Part shown: positions 9,223 to 17,329 of the stretch, one piece after another
Position numbering within the stretch: the stretch's first letter is position 1
How the letters are laid out: each line of letters opens with the position of its first letter
The notes under the pieces: model-generated
Told to the model about the DNA's origin: nothing
The model's input: the letters and a program-made list of their open reading frames with translations, nothing else
The model's database searches: none
Assembly (NCBI GenBank): GCA_030753015.1
Contig: JASMDC010000033.1
Span: 1-37,446, forward strand
Direction: 5' to 3'
From: Candidatus Undinarchaeales archaeon
GTDB lineage: Archaea; SpSt-1190; JASMDC01
Length of the DNA stretch: 37,446 bases
Translations under genes and position numbers: made by a program

Positions 9223-10299
9223 CTACGAGAGGAGTTCTTTGAGCACGTCCCGGCACCGGTCGAGGTTGGCCAGAATGCATGACTCGCCGGGGCCGTGGCC
9301 GACCCCCTGTGTCCCGGGGCCGAACGTCACGGCGGGGATGCCCGCGTCGGCGAACAGCGACGAGTCGACCCATCCCCGGAAGAAGAACGGGTCCGCGTAC
9401 CCGAGCACCTTGTCCGAGGCGGCCATCACCGTCCGATAAAACGGATCGTCGGCGGGGAGCAGGTAGGGTCCCCGGTACTCGGCGGTGCTGCCCGGTCCCA
9501 GTTCCTTGAGCCCGGCGACCACCTCGTCCATGTCCTCTGTGGGCGACACGCGGCGGTTGACCGTCACGTCGGCGCGGTCGGGGATGATATTGTGGCGCAC
9601 CCCGCCCGAGAGCATGGTCACCGCCATCACGGGCAATGCTTCCATCCCCGAATGGAGGGGGGCGGGCTTGAGCCCGGCGGCCAGGCGCTCCACTTCGGCC
9701 ACCAGGTGTGCTGCCTTGTACAGGGCGTTGTCGCCGCGCTCGGGACGCGAGGAGTGCGCCGCTCGTCCCTCCAGGGTGTAGCGTACGGCCACGTTGCCCT
9801 GGCAGCCCGGGGAGATGTAGATGTGCTCGCCTACGGCCGTGGGCTCGAGGATGAGGGCCGAGTCGGGCCGGTGGCCCTCGAGGAAGTTGACCACGCCGTC
9901 GACCTGCCCCTCCACCCCGCCCTCCTCGTTGGTGGAGAAGGCAAGTATGACCGGGCGCGAAAGCTCCCAGTCGACGACGTCGAGCATCAGGGCAAGACCG
10001 CTCTTCATGTCAGAGACGCCCAGGCCGGTCATGACCCCGTCGGCCACCGTCGGCTTCCAGGGATCCTGCTCCCAGCCTGATGCTGCCGGTACCGTGTCCA
10101 TGTGGCCCGACAGGCACAGGCTCTTGCCCTTCTCGGGTCCGAGGAAGGCGGTGACGTTGTGCAGCTCGTCCCGCTCGAAGCGTACACCGGCACGCTCGAG
10201 ACGTCCGCATACATAATCGGCGATAGCGTCCTCGTTCCCGCTGATGGACTCGATGGCGACGAGGTCTGCGAGCGTCTGGTGCAGCGGCGGGAGGGACAT
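9223..10299 (-). CDS. M20 family metallo-amidohydrolase (ArgE/DapE-like)
   Basis: GHMDTV, SDMKSG, NEEGG, LEPT, AAHSSRP and C-terminal GHGPGE metal-binding motifs. Confidence 0.92.
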   Translation of the reverse strand: MSLPPLHQTLADLVAIESISGNEDAIADYVCGRLERAGVRFERDELHNVTAFLGPEKGKSLCLSGHMDTVPAASGWEQDPWKPTVADGVMTGLGVSDMKSGLALMLDVVDWELSRPVILAFSTNEEGGVEGQVDGVVNFLEGHRPDSALILEPTAVGEHIYISPGCQGNVAVRYTLEGRAAHSSRPERGDNALYKAAHLVAEVERLAAGLKPAPLHSGMEALPVMAVTMLSGGVRHNIIPDRADVTVNRRVSPTEDMDEVVAGLKELGPGSTAEYRGPYLLPADDPFYRTVMAASDKVLGYADPFFFRGWVDSSLFADAGIPAVTFGPGTQGVGHGPGESCILANLDRCRDVLKELLS

Positions 10300-10334
10300 G
10301 TCACCGGGGAATGGGCGAGATGATAAAAAACCTA

Positions 10335-11276
10335 CTACTGCCTCAGAGCCTCGATGAGGGCCACGAAGACCTCGTTGGCACCCTCGCCGAAGGTCTGCTT
10401 GGTCTGCATGTAGGAGGAGCCATCCTTGTCCAGGGCCTTCTTGAGGTTCTGGGTCTTCTCCTTGACCGAGGCGTCCTCGTGGTTGTCGTTGGAGATGACC
10501 ACGCCGGTGCCAGCGTACTGGAGCGCCCCCAGGTCGTTCATGTTGTCGCCCATGTAGACCATCTTTTCGGCTGGCATGTCGTACATCTCGGTCATGGTCT
10601 CCATGGCGTTTACCTTGGTGCAGCCGGGGATAAGAAGCTCGAACGCGTCGAAGTGGCGGGACTGGTACTCCTTGGGGATGCCCAGGCGGTCAGCGATCTG
10701 GGCGGCCTTGTCGAAGGACTTCTGACCTACCGTATCCATATGCTTTCCGTAGTAGGTCTCGTCGTCCATCTTGTCGGGACGGGCGATCTTGACCGTGGGG
10801 CGTACCTCGTTGTCCTGCCAGTAGATGTTGTCACCGCACTCCTTAGCGACCTCGACCTTGAACTGGTCGTACAGGGCCTTGATGCCTGCCGGTGGCTGGG
10901 TGATCTTCTCCTTGCCGGGAGTCGAGTAGATGCCCTGCTCGGCGACCTTGCCCTCCAGGTAGGAGGCGAAGTTGCCGGAGGCGATCGAGAAGAAGCACTT
11001 CTCCCCGGTCCGCTCCTCGTACGAGGACATCTCCTGTACCAGCGTCTTTAGCAGGTAGCCGGTGTCCTCGGAGAGCTTCTCCTCCTTGCCGCACAGGGTG
11101 AGGTTGTAGTCGGAGATGAGCGAACGGGGCTTCAGTTCCTTGAAGGTGTCTACCAGGTCCTGGTTCCAGTACTTGTCGGCGACCTCCTGGTAGTTCCCTT
11201 TTTCGACGGGGTCGAACTTCAGTTCGTATGAGCGTACCACTGCGCCGTCCTCGGCACTAATGACCCCGTCATACAT
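10335..11276 (-). CDS. HAD superfamily (Cof/IIB-like) hydrolase with rearranged N-terminus
   Basis: Motif I-like LISDYNLTL (D56), motif II-like IASGN, TKVNAM (Lys) and YMGDNMND. TATA at 11301-11308. Confidence 0.75.
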   Translation of the reverse strand: MYDGVISAEDGAVVRSYELKFDPVEKGNYQEVADKYWNQDLVDTFKELKPRSLISDYNLTLCGKEEKLSEDTGYLLKTLVQEMSSYEERTGEKCFFSIASGNFASYLEGKVAEQGIYSTPGKEKITQPPAGIKALYDQFKVEVAKECGDNIYWQDNEVRPTVKIARPDKMDDETYYGKHMDTVGQKSFDKAAQIADRLGIPKEYQSRHFDAFELLIPGCTKVNAMETMTEMYDMPAEKMVYMGDNMNDLGALQYAGTGVVISNDNHEDASVKEKTQNLKKALDKDGSSYMQTKQTFGEGANEVFVALIEALRQ

Positions 11277-11353
11277 AATCGTATATAGCGCGTTCCGCGT
11301 ATATAAAGTTTACCTTTATAGTTACTATTCACCAGTGACAACATACGAAATGC

Positions 11354-12739
11354 TCAGACTTGTTCTGCAATGATCCGGTCAATTTCGAGGATGAACGCCT
11401 CGAGGACCTCCTCGTCGATGTAGGCACCGGCAGCGATATCATGGCCACCCGATTCTCCTCCCCAGCGCTCGACAGCACCGCTGAGGGCAGCGGCCAGATC
11501 GACGCCAGCACGCACCATGCGCTGGGTGGTCCGCCCCGAGAGCTTGATACGTCCCCCAGAATCGCGGGCCGCAGCAAGGATGACGCGCTCGTGGTCGACC
11601 ATCCTCGAGCCCAGGCCCATGCCGGCGATGATACCCACCACGGTAGGCGAGATGGTCTCTGACTCGAACAGCTGGACGTAGCGGCCGATGGGAGTGGCGC
11701 CCCTCTCACGCAGCTCGTCGAGACCGCTTCGCAGCTGCTGGCGATGGTAACGGAGCATGGCGCTTGCTTTTGCGTAGTAGCCCTCCTCCTGGAGACAGAC
11801 CTTAACGCCGACGGAGGCAAGGCCCCAACGGCCGCAAGCATTGAGAAGCGTGGAGTGCTCGGTGGCATCACGCATCTCTGTGCCCTTACGTCTCGTGGGG
11901 AGGACGTAGTACTCCTTGGCCAGAGCCTCGATCCCCCATTGTGGCACGCGGCGTTCGATGCAGAATCTGACCAGGGCGTCGCCCAGCTTCACACGGTCCT
12001 CCAGCGCAAGGTCATGGTAAGTTAGAGCCCGGTCGTCCTCATCGCGCGTGGGGATGCCCTCGGCCTCCAGAAAGGTACGGCAGGCGTCCACGTCGCCGGT
12101 CATGCCCGGGAGGTACGGAGAGGACGCGTAGGAGAGCAGGACGGCCAAAGGTCGCGTCTCGCGCCCGAAGAACGATATCCCGCGGGTGGGTTCGACCGTA
12201 CCGTCCTTCTTCCCATCATCGACGGGGATACGGTTCATGGCCTCGAGACGGCCGGTACGACGGTCCTGCATGTCCCCAACGGCACCAACGATGGCGATGG
12301 GGGCAGTCTCTCTCAGACCGGCCTCCCTGGCGACTAAGTAGGCCACAGTGGACCCCGAGCACTGAGAGCCGCCGTCCACGCCGAAAAGCTGGGGATTGAG
12401 ATGCACTCCGTCGAGCTCGACACCGGTCATGGGATGGTGATGGTCGAGAATGACCGCCGGGATGCCAAGGGTGGCGATGTGGTCGAGCTGACCCGAGCCC
12501 AGGTCGACGAACACGGCGAGGTCACGACCCTTTGCGGCCCGCTCCACCTCGGGCAGCGTCTCTGCCGCAAACTGGCGCAGGTGGACGCACTTCGGGTCCG
12601 CACCGCGGGAACGGAGGACGCTGATAGCTATCGCCGCAGAGGTGATGCCGTCGGCATCGATGTGGCTCACCACGAGCGGATTCTTGGCACCCTCCATCGC
12701 GGAGAGCGCCTCTCGCACCCGTGCGTCACGTGACTCCAT
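11354..12739 (-). CDS. recJ: Archaeal RecJ-like DHH nuclease (GAN/Cdc45-type)
   Basis: SHIDADG, VDLGSG, ILDHH, GAVGD, LLNACGR, GGHDIAAG. 461 aa. Confidence 0.9.
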   Translation of the reverse strand: MESRDARVREALSAMEGAKNPLVVSHIDADGITSAAIAISVLRSRGADPKCVHLRQFAAETLPEVERAAKGRDLAVFVDLGSGQLDHIATLGIPAVILDHHHPMTGVELDGVHLNPQLFGVDGGSQCSGSTVAYLVAREAGLRETAPIAIVGAVGDMQDRRTGRLEAMNRIPVDDGKKDGTVEPTRGISFFGRETRPLAVLLSYASSPYLPGMTGDVDACRTFLEAEGIPTRDEDDRALTYHDLALEDRVKLGDALVRFCIERRVPQWGIEALAKEYYVLPTRRKGTEMRDATEHSTLLNACGRWGLASVGVKVCLQEEGYYAKASAMLRYHRQQLRSGLDELRERGATPIGRYVQLFESETISPTVVGIIAGMGLGSRMVDHERVILAAARDSGGRIKLSGRTTQRMVRAGVDLAAALSGAVERWGGESGGHDIAAGAYIDEEVLEAFILEIDRIIAEQV

Positions 12740-12831
12740 GATGATACCCTGCGGACGAAGGGTTATACCCCTTTACCCCTACTGGGCCGGTATGCAAACC
12801 TTTTTAAGGAATATGCGCACCATGGGAGGAC

Positions 12832-12958
12832 GCGGGGGTACCCGAGCTGGCCAAAGGGGCCGGACTTAAGATCCGGTGGCTTAGGGCCTTCACGGGTTCG
12901 AAACCCGCGCCCCTGCACGTCTGCGGGAGCATGAGCGAAAGTCCCGTCCCCCGCACCA
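12832..12958 (+). tRNA. tRNA-Leu(UAA) with 39-nt intron at position 59/60 (12903-12941) and encoded CCA
   Basis: Anticodon arm CCGGA-CT-TAA-GA-TCCGG and long variable arm. After removing 12903-12941: T-arm ACGGG-TTCGAAT-CCCGT, acceptor GCGGGGG/CCCCCGC, then ACCA (88 nt mature). TATA at 12801-12808. Confidence 0.9.
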
Positions 12959-12960
12959 GT

Positions 12961-13034
12961 GCCCCGATAGCTCAGCTGGCCAGAGCGCTTCCTTGGTAAG
13001 GAAGAAGTCCCGGATTCGAATTCCGGTCGGGGCT
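12961..13034 (+). tRNA. tRNA-Thr(GGU)
   Basis: Acceptor GCCCCGA/TCGGGGC, anticodon arm CTTCC-TT-GGT-AA-GGAAG, T-arm CCGGA-TTCGAAT-TCCGG. No encoded CCA. Confidence 0.95.
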
Positions 13035-13040
13035 CTTCAA

Positions 13041-13046
13041 TTTTTT
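13041..13046 (+). terminator. Oligo-T archaeal terminator after the tRNA pair
   Basis: TTTTTT 6 nt after the tRNA-Thr discriminator base. Confidence 0.6.
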
Positions 13047-13182
13047 GACCCATCTAAGCTTAACGGCGTACGATAATGGATGTATATACAATTTATGTTA
13101 AACAGTCATAATGCTCGGCCACCAAGTAATCATTAAGGCCGACAGATGCCGGTCATCCGAGCCCTCCCCCAGGGTGTCTTGA

Positions 13183-13425
13183 ATGACATATGATCAGTCC
13201 CATATCGCGAAACGGTTGGGCGTGGTGGTGGTGCTCACTATGGCCATTATATTCGTTCCAGCCGCCGCTACTGCCAGCCCTTTGCTTTTCTCGAGCCAGC
13301 TGTCCACCAGAGGTCCGCCACTTGTCGGGACGGTGCTGGGATGGCTGACGATCGAGTTCACGCTCGGTTTCATCACGGCATGCGCACTCGCTGCCCTTCA
13401 CAAGCGACGCGATCACGAGAACTGA
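13183..13425 (+). CDS. Hypothetical small membrane protein
   Basis: 80 aa, two hydrophobic stretches. Fills the gap and converges with the next gene. Confidence 0.5.
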   Translation: MTYDQSHIAKRLGVVVVLTMAIIFVPAAATASPLLFSSQLSTRGPPLVGTVLGWLTIEFTLGFITACALAALHKRRDHEN

Positions 13426-13427
13426 GC

Positions 13428-13982
13428 TCACGGCAGTTCGAAGCCCTTGGGCAGTCCATCGTGGACGGTGAACCCGCGGGAGCGGATGTCTGCGAGCAGG
13501 TCCGCCGTTCCCCGTGCATCGACGATGCCACTGAGCATGTACACGTCGCCCTGGTCCTGGACAACGGCAGTGACCATGTCGGTGTCGTAGTCGTTCTCGA
13601 CCTCGAGGTAGATGTCCTTGCTGACGGCGTCGTGACGCTGGATGTCGTCGAAATACTCGTCGACCATGCCACGTCCCAGCTCGAGCAGCAGGCTCCCGTG
13701 GAGGCGGAGGTCCTGCCCGTGGTAGTGGGAGGCCATACCGGTGTACACGGCGTCGAAATGACCGGACGCCTCGGCCCTTGCACGCACGTCGGCCGCTAGC
13801 TCGAGGGCCTCGCTGGGCCCGAGGTTCGTCTCCTCGGCGACGAACAGGTCCGTGGCCGAGAGATAGGTGGCCCGGGCCGTGAAATTGATCATGAGACCGT
13901 CACCGCTGACGTAGAGCACCATGTCGTTGTCGTCGGCGGCAGCATCGGCTATGAGCGCGTCGAAGTCGTCCCCATAGTCCAT
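13428..13982 (-). CDS. Hypothetical acidic protein (184 aa)
   Basis: Starts at MDYGDDF (ATG 13982), TTAAA box about 26 nt upstream, GC3-biased. The longer track ORF is a shadow of the upstream gene. Confidence 0.75.
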   Translation of the reverse strand: MDYGDDFDALIADAAADDNDMVLYVSGDGLMINFTARATYLSATDLFVAEETNLGPSEALELAADVRARAEASGHFDAVYTGMASHYHGQDLRLHGSLLLELGRGMVDEYFDDIQRHDAVSKDIYLEVENDYDTDMVTAVVQDQGDVYMLSGIVDARGTADLLADIRSRGFTVHDGLPKGFELP

Positions 13983-14008
13983 GCGAGATAGAGCGGTCGG
14001 GCCGCCTT

Positions 14009-14596
14009 TTAAGTTTTGCCCACAACCGCGCCGGAACCGTTGCGGCAGATGCCCACGAAGTCCTTCACGATCCACTCGTTGCGTACCTCCGGGTGGAAGA
14101 GCACGCCCCACAATTGCCGCTCCGGATGCCTGAACGCCTCCGCCCGGTCCTCGGTCCCTGCAAGGAGCCTGAACCCGGGGGGCAGCGAGGGGCCGAGGTT
14201 GTGGAGGTGGTACGCCTCGAACGACCGTTCCTTGCCGAGCACCTCGTCGTCCTCCAGGACGGTCGTCTGCTGCATCCCGATGACGGGCCATGGAGTGACC
14301 TTGCCGCCGTGGAGGGCGGCGATGAGCTGGGAGCCGGCGCAGATGCCCAGCACGGGCGTCCGGACGTTCCGGAGCCAGTCGAGCTCGCCGAGCAGCCCCT
14401 GCCACGCGTGGTCCTTGATCGCTGTGCCGCAGAGCACGATGCCGTCGGCCGCCCTGCATGCCGCTAAAGACAGGTCGCTCAGGTGGACGGTCCCTGCCAT
14501 CTCACCGGCACCCCCGACGATGGCCGACACCGGATGGACGAACTCGAACCGCGACAGTGACCCCCGCTCCCCGCACAGGTCGACGATGAGGATCAT
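14009..14596 (-). CDS. Class I glutamine amidotransferase (GuaA glutaminase-like)
   Basis: Catalytic triad motifs LGICAG and FHPE. ATGA overlap with the upstream gene. Confidence 0.92.
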   Translation of the reverse strand: MILIVDLCGERGSLSRFEFVHPVSAIVGGAGEMAGTVHLSDLSLAACRAADGIVLCGTAIKDHAWQGLLGELDWLRNVRTPVLGICAGSQLIAALHGGKVTPWPVIGMQQTTVLEDDEVLGKERSFEAYHLHNLGPSLPPGFRLLAGTEDRAEAFRHPERQLWGVLFHPEVRNEWIVKDFVGICRNGSGAVVGKT

Positions 14597-15273
14597 CTGT
14601 CCACCAGCCTCGCCTCCTCGATATGGAGCGTGCCGCTGTGGTCCGCGTACTCCACAGAGGTCTTATCGATGCGGATGCGTCTGGTGAACAGCGGGCAGTC
14701 GGTGACCAGCGTCTCCAGCTCCCCGCCCTCGCCCGACGGATTGATCTTGTATCGCTCCGCCAGCGTCGCGAGCTCGGTCACCTCGGCCGTACCGATGGTC
14801 CGGCCCAGCCACTCCTCGGTGAGGGGGTAGGCGAACACCCCCGTGACCATGACCTCGAACCCCTCGGCAAGTAGCAGGTGCATGTAGTCGAGCTGGTCGA
14901 TCTGCCAGAGGGGGTTGACGCACCAGATGTCCAGCTCCCGGCAGATGCGCTGCACCCTAGTTGCCTGGTACACGGAGGCGATGGCGCCCGTCACCACGCC
15001 CTCGATACCGTGCTCGTCCCTGGCCCGCTCGATGGCCTGCTTCATGTCCTCGAGCTCGGCCTCCTTCTCGCCGGCCGTCGGTTGGACGATGAGCGGGATG
15101 CCCATGGACTCGGCCTGGAGGGCCGTGAGGTCGATGGCCGGCGTGTGGAACATGTAGCTCTCGGGATTCGAAGAGCGCAGGGTGATGAGGCACGCGACAT
15201 CGTCGTGGGCAGCGGCGCGGTGGCAGGCGAAAACCGAGTCCTTCCCGCCGGAGAAGAGCACACCAAGCCTCAT
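14593..15273 (-). CDS. dph6: Diphthine--ammonia ligase (Dph6)-family PP-loop ATPase
   Basis: LFSGGKDS PP-loop, ESYMFH, GAIASVYQ, PLW, GEGGELET. Likely start ATG 15273. Confidence 0.9.
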   Translation of the reverse strand: MRLGVLFSGGKDSVFACHRAAAHDDVACLITLRSSNPESYMFHTPAIDLTALQAESMGIPLIVQPTAGEKEAELEDMKQAIERARDEHGIEGVVTGAIASVYQATRVQRICRELDIWCVNPLWQIDQLDYMHLLLAEGFEVMVTGVFAYPLTEEWLGRTIGTAEVTELATLAERYKINPSGEGGELETLVTDCPLFTRRIRIDKTSVEYADHSGTLHIEEARLVDR

Positions 15274-15474
15274 GGGGCCGGATGGCACCACATCCTTGAA
15301 AAGGTTACTGGCTCCGCGCGTCCAGCTCGGCGGAACCGTAGGCGTTGGCCGGCTCTCTCATGCCTGTCACGTACCTGTCGGTGGGGCCGTGGGACATCTC
15401 TTCCTCGATATTGCACATCCATCCGGGGCTGAGCGCGTTATGTCGCTGTATTTGAATAATCGTTCGGGGAACTA

Positions 15475-16143
15475 TTACATGCTGCTCCCCGTGAAGGGGC
15501 AATTACCAGTAGCCCCTTTCTCCACGGTGCCGTCCTGGTGGACGGTGAGGTCGCAATAGCAGTCCTCACATCGGCCCCAGTGGACGTTGACGAGCCACGA
15601 GCCGTCGGGCTCCTCGAGACCGGTGACCCCGGATGTGCCGAGGTCGCCCACCGCTGACCCGAGGTCGGGGTAGGCGCTCTTTATGGCGTCGAGGACGTTA
15701 TCGGGGACGTCCGCGTCGAGCGACCTGAGCGGCAGGTCGGTGGGGGCCGGAGTGGGTGTCAATGCCCGGCTGGCGGGGCAGTTGCCCTCCTTGGACTTCT
15801 CCACTGTACCGTTATCGTAAACTGTGAAGATGCAGTAGCAATCATCGCAGAATCCCCAGTGGACGTTCACGTACCAGATGCTGGCGTCCTCGACGGCATT
15901 GACCGTGTCGTCGTTGAGCTCTCCTGCGACATCACGGAGGTCGGGGTATGAATCGAGGACTGCCCTCAGCACGTCGGGCGGGACGTCTCCGACCACGGGG
16001 ACCAGCGGCTGTGATGTGACAGTCTCCGGTGATGCCGTCGCGGGGACCGTCGGTGATGCTTCGGATCCCCCATCCCCGCCCAGGCACCCGCATACGAGAG
16101 CGAGCACGAGCAGGGAGGTTAAAAGGACCCGCGGGCCTGTCAT
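15475..16143 (-). CDS. Predicted lipoprotein with two tandem ~70-aa Cys-rich repeats
   Basis: Signal peptide with lipobox-like VCGC, P/T-rich linkers, repeat WxVNVHWGxCxDCYC...GTVEK...GNCP twice. Confidence 0.85.
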   Translation of the reverse strand: MTGPRVLLTSLLVLALVCGCLGGDGGSEASPTVPATASPETVTSQPLVPVVGDVPPDVLRAVLDSYPDLRDVAGELNDDTVNAVEDASIWYVNVHWGFCDDCYCIFTVYDNGTVEKSKEGNCPASRALTPTPAPTDLPLRSLDADVPDNVLDAIKSAYPDLGSAVGDLGTSGVTGLEEPDGSWLVNVHWGRCEDCYCDLTVHQDGTVEKGATGNCPFTGSSM

Positions 16144-16166
16144 GCACCCTCTGTGACGAGGATGGT

Positions 16167-17225
16167 TTAAATCTCTTGGGCAGGGTCGGCGGCCGTGGTG
16201 CGGTCCTCCGGGTACACGATCCGGAACACCTTGACGTTACCACCCGGAGATGTGTGGACGAGCTCCACCTCGTCGGATCCCTTCCCGTCCAGGAAGAACA
16301 ACCGTGTGAAGAGCATGTCCTTGGCCTTGTCCTCCATGTACACCAGGATGTCCTTGGTGATGACCACCATACCGGGGATGATCGTGGCGTTCTGTCGGTT
16401 CGGGACGTCCATTACCTTTGGATTCCCTCCGAAGATGTAGTTGCCCAGGATGCCCTCGACGTCGGTATGGAACTCACCGTCATCGGTGAGGTTGCCCAGG
16501 CGGATGACGGGGATGAAGCGGAATTTCAAGTCCACCATGAGGTCGATTCGCGCCATAGGCTCTATGACCGTCCCGTTCGGCTGCCTGTACGGTACGTAGT
16601 TCATGAAGATGCCCGTCTGGCCGCCCCGGTCCTCGCCCGTCTCGAGTTTGTACAGGTAGGTGAACTTGGTGCCGCACGATGGCCTGACGCACTCGGGACC
16701 GGTCCGGTTCAAGTGGGCCACGGCGCACTCCTGGGGGATGCAGTCCTCTCCCACGCGCGAGATCCAGTAGAACTTGACCATGAGCCCCTTGTCGACGATT
16801 ATGTAGGCCGGGCGGGACCTGCCCTCGGTGTGGTGGTCGATGAACACCTCGCCCTCGCACTGGGGCGGCGTGCCCCGGTCGCACTTGCGGAGCGAGAAGA
16901 GCTCGTCGTCACCGGTGCTCATCAGCAACCGGCCCATGTCGACGTTCACCGGGGCGACGTTCAGCCCGTCACCGGTCACGACGTCCCTACCGGCCACGTC
17001 CTTAACCCACCGGCCGTAGTCCCACCACGTGAACACGATGGCGTTCTCTTCTGTGTTGTTGCGCATGTAGAGGAGGGCGTTGAGCCATTCCTCCTCAGGT
17101 CCAAGGGGATCGGGTCCCAGGTCGGCGGGATCCGGGGCCGCGGGAGAGAAATCGTCCTTCAGCAGCCCGATGTAGAGAGTCAGGAGAGCGATGACGAGGA
17201 TGCACGCGGCAAGGTCCCGGCGCAT
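16167..17225 (-). CDS. Single-pass membrane protein consisting of the AglB/STT3 C-terminal soluble domain
   Basis: One N-terminal TM, then WLNALLYMRNNTEENAIVFTWWDYG, DK motif DKGLMVKFYWI, MLFTRLFFLDG...VKVFRI. ATG 17225 with TTTAAA box upstream. Confidence 0.85.
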   Translation of the reverse strand: MRRDLAACILVIALLTLYIGLLKDDFSPAAPDPADLGPDPLGPEEEWLNALLYMRNNTEENAIVFTWWDYGRWVKDVAGRDVVTGDGLNVAPVNVDMGRLLMSTGDDELFSLRKCDRGTPPQCEGEVFIDHHTEGRSRPAYIIVDKGLMVKFYWISRVGEDCIPQECAVAHLNRTGPECVRPSCGTKFTYLYKLETGEDRGGQTGIFMNYVPYRQPNGTVIEPMARIDLMVDLKFRFIPVIRLGNLTDDGEFHTDVEGILGNYIFGGNPKVMDVPNRQNATIIPGMVVITKDILVYMEDKAKDMLFTRLFFLDGKGSDEVELVHTSPGGNVKVFRIVYPEDRTTAADPAQEI

Positions 17226-17329
17226 GGGCCCTCCGTGGGAGGGATGGTTTAAATGTGTTCTGGGGCCCGCCCGGGTACCGGCACGCCCCCCCCCATAGGG
17301 CTTAATGGTGCGGGCACCTTCACTTGGAT

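Noticed and set aside
12832-12917. Intron-less tRNA-Leu ending at CCCCTGCA
   Set aside because: It needs an A-C mismatch, an extra base and a G-U pair and has no CCA. The spliced form gives perfect stems and CCA.
15305-15418. 37-aa ORF between the lipoprotein gene and dph6
   Set aside because: It is short, has no motif and only a weak promoter-like sequence, so it cannot be supported.
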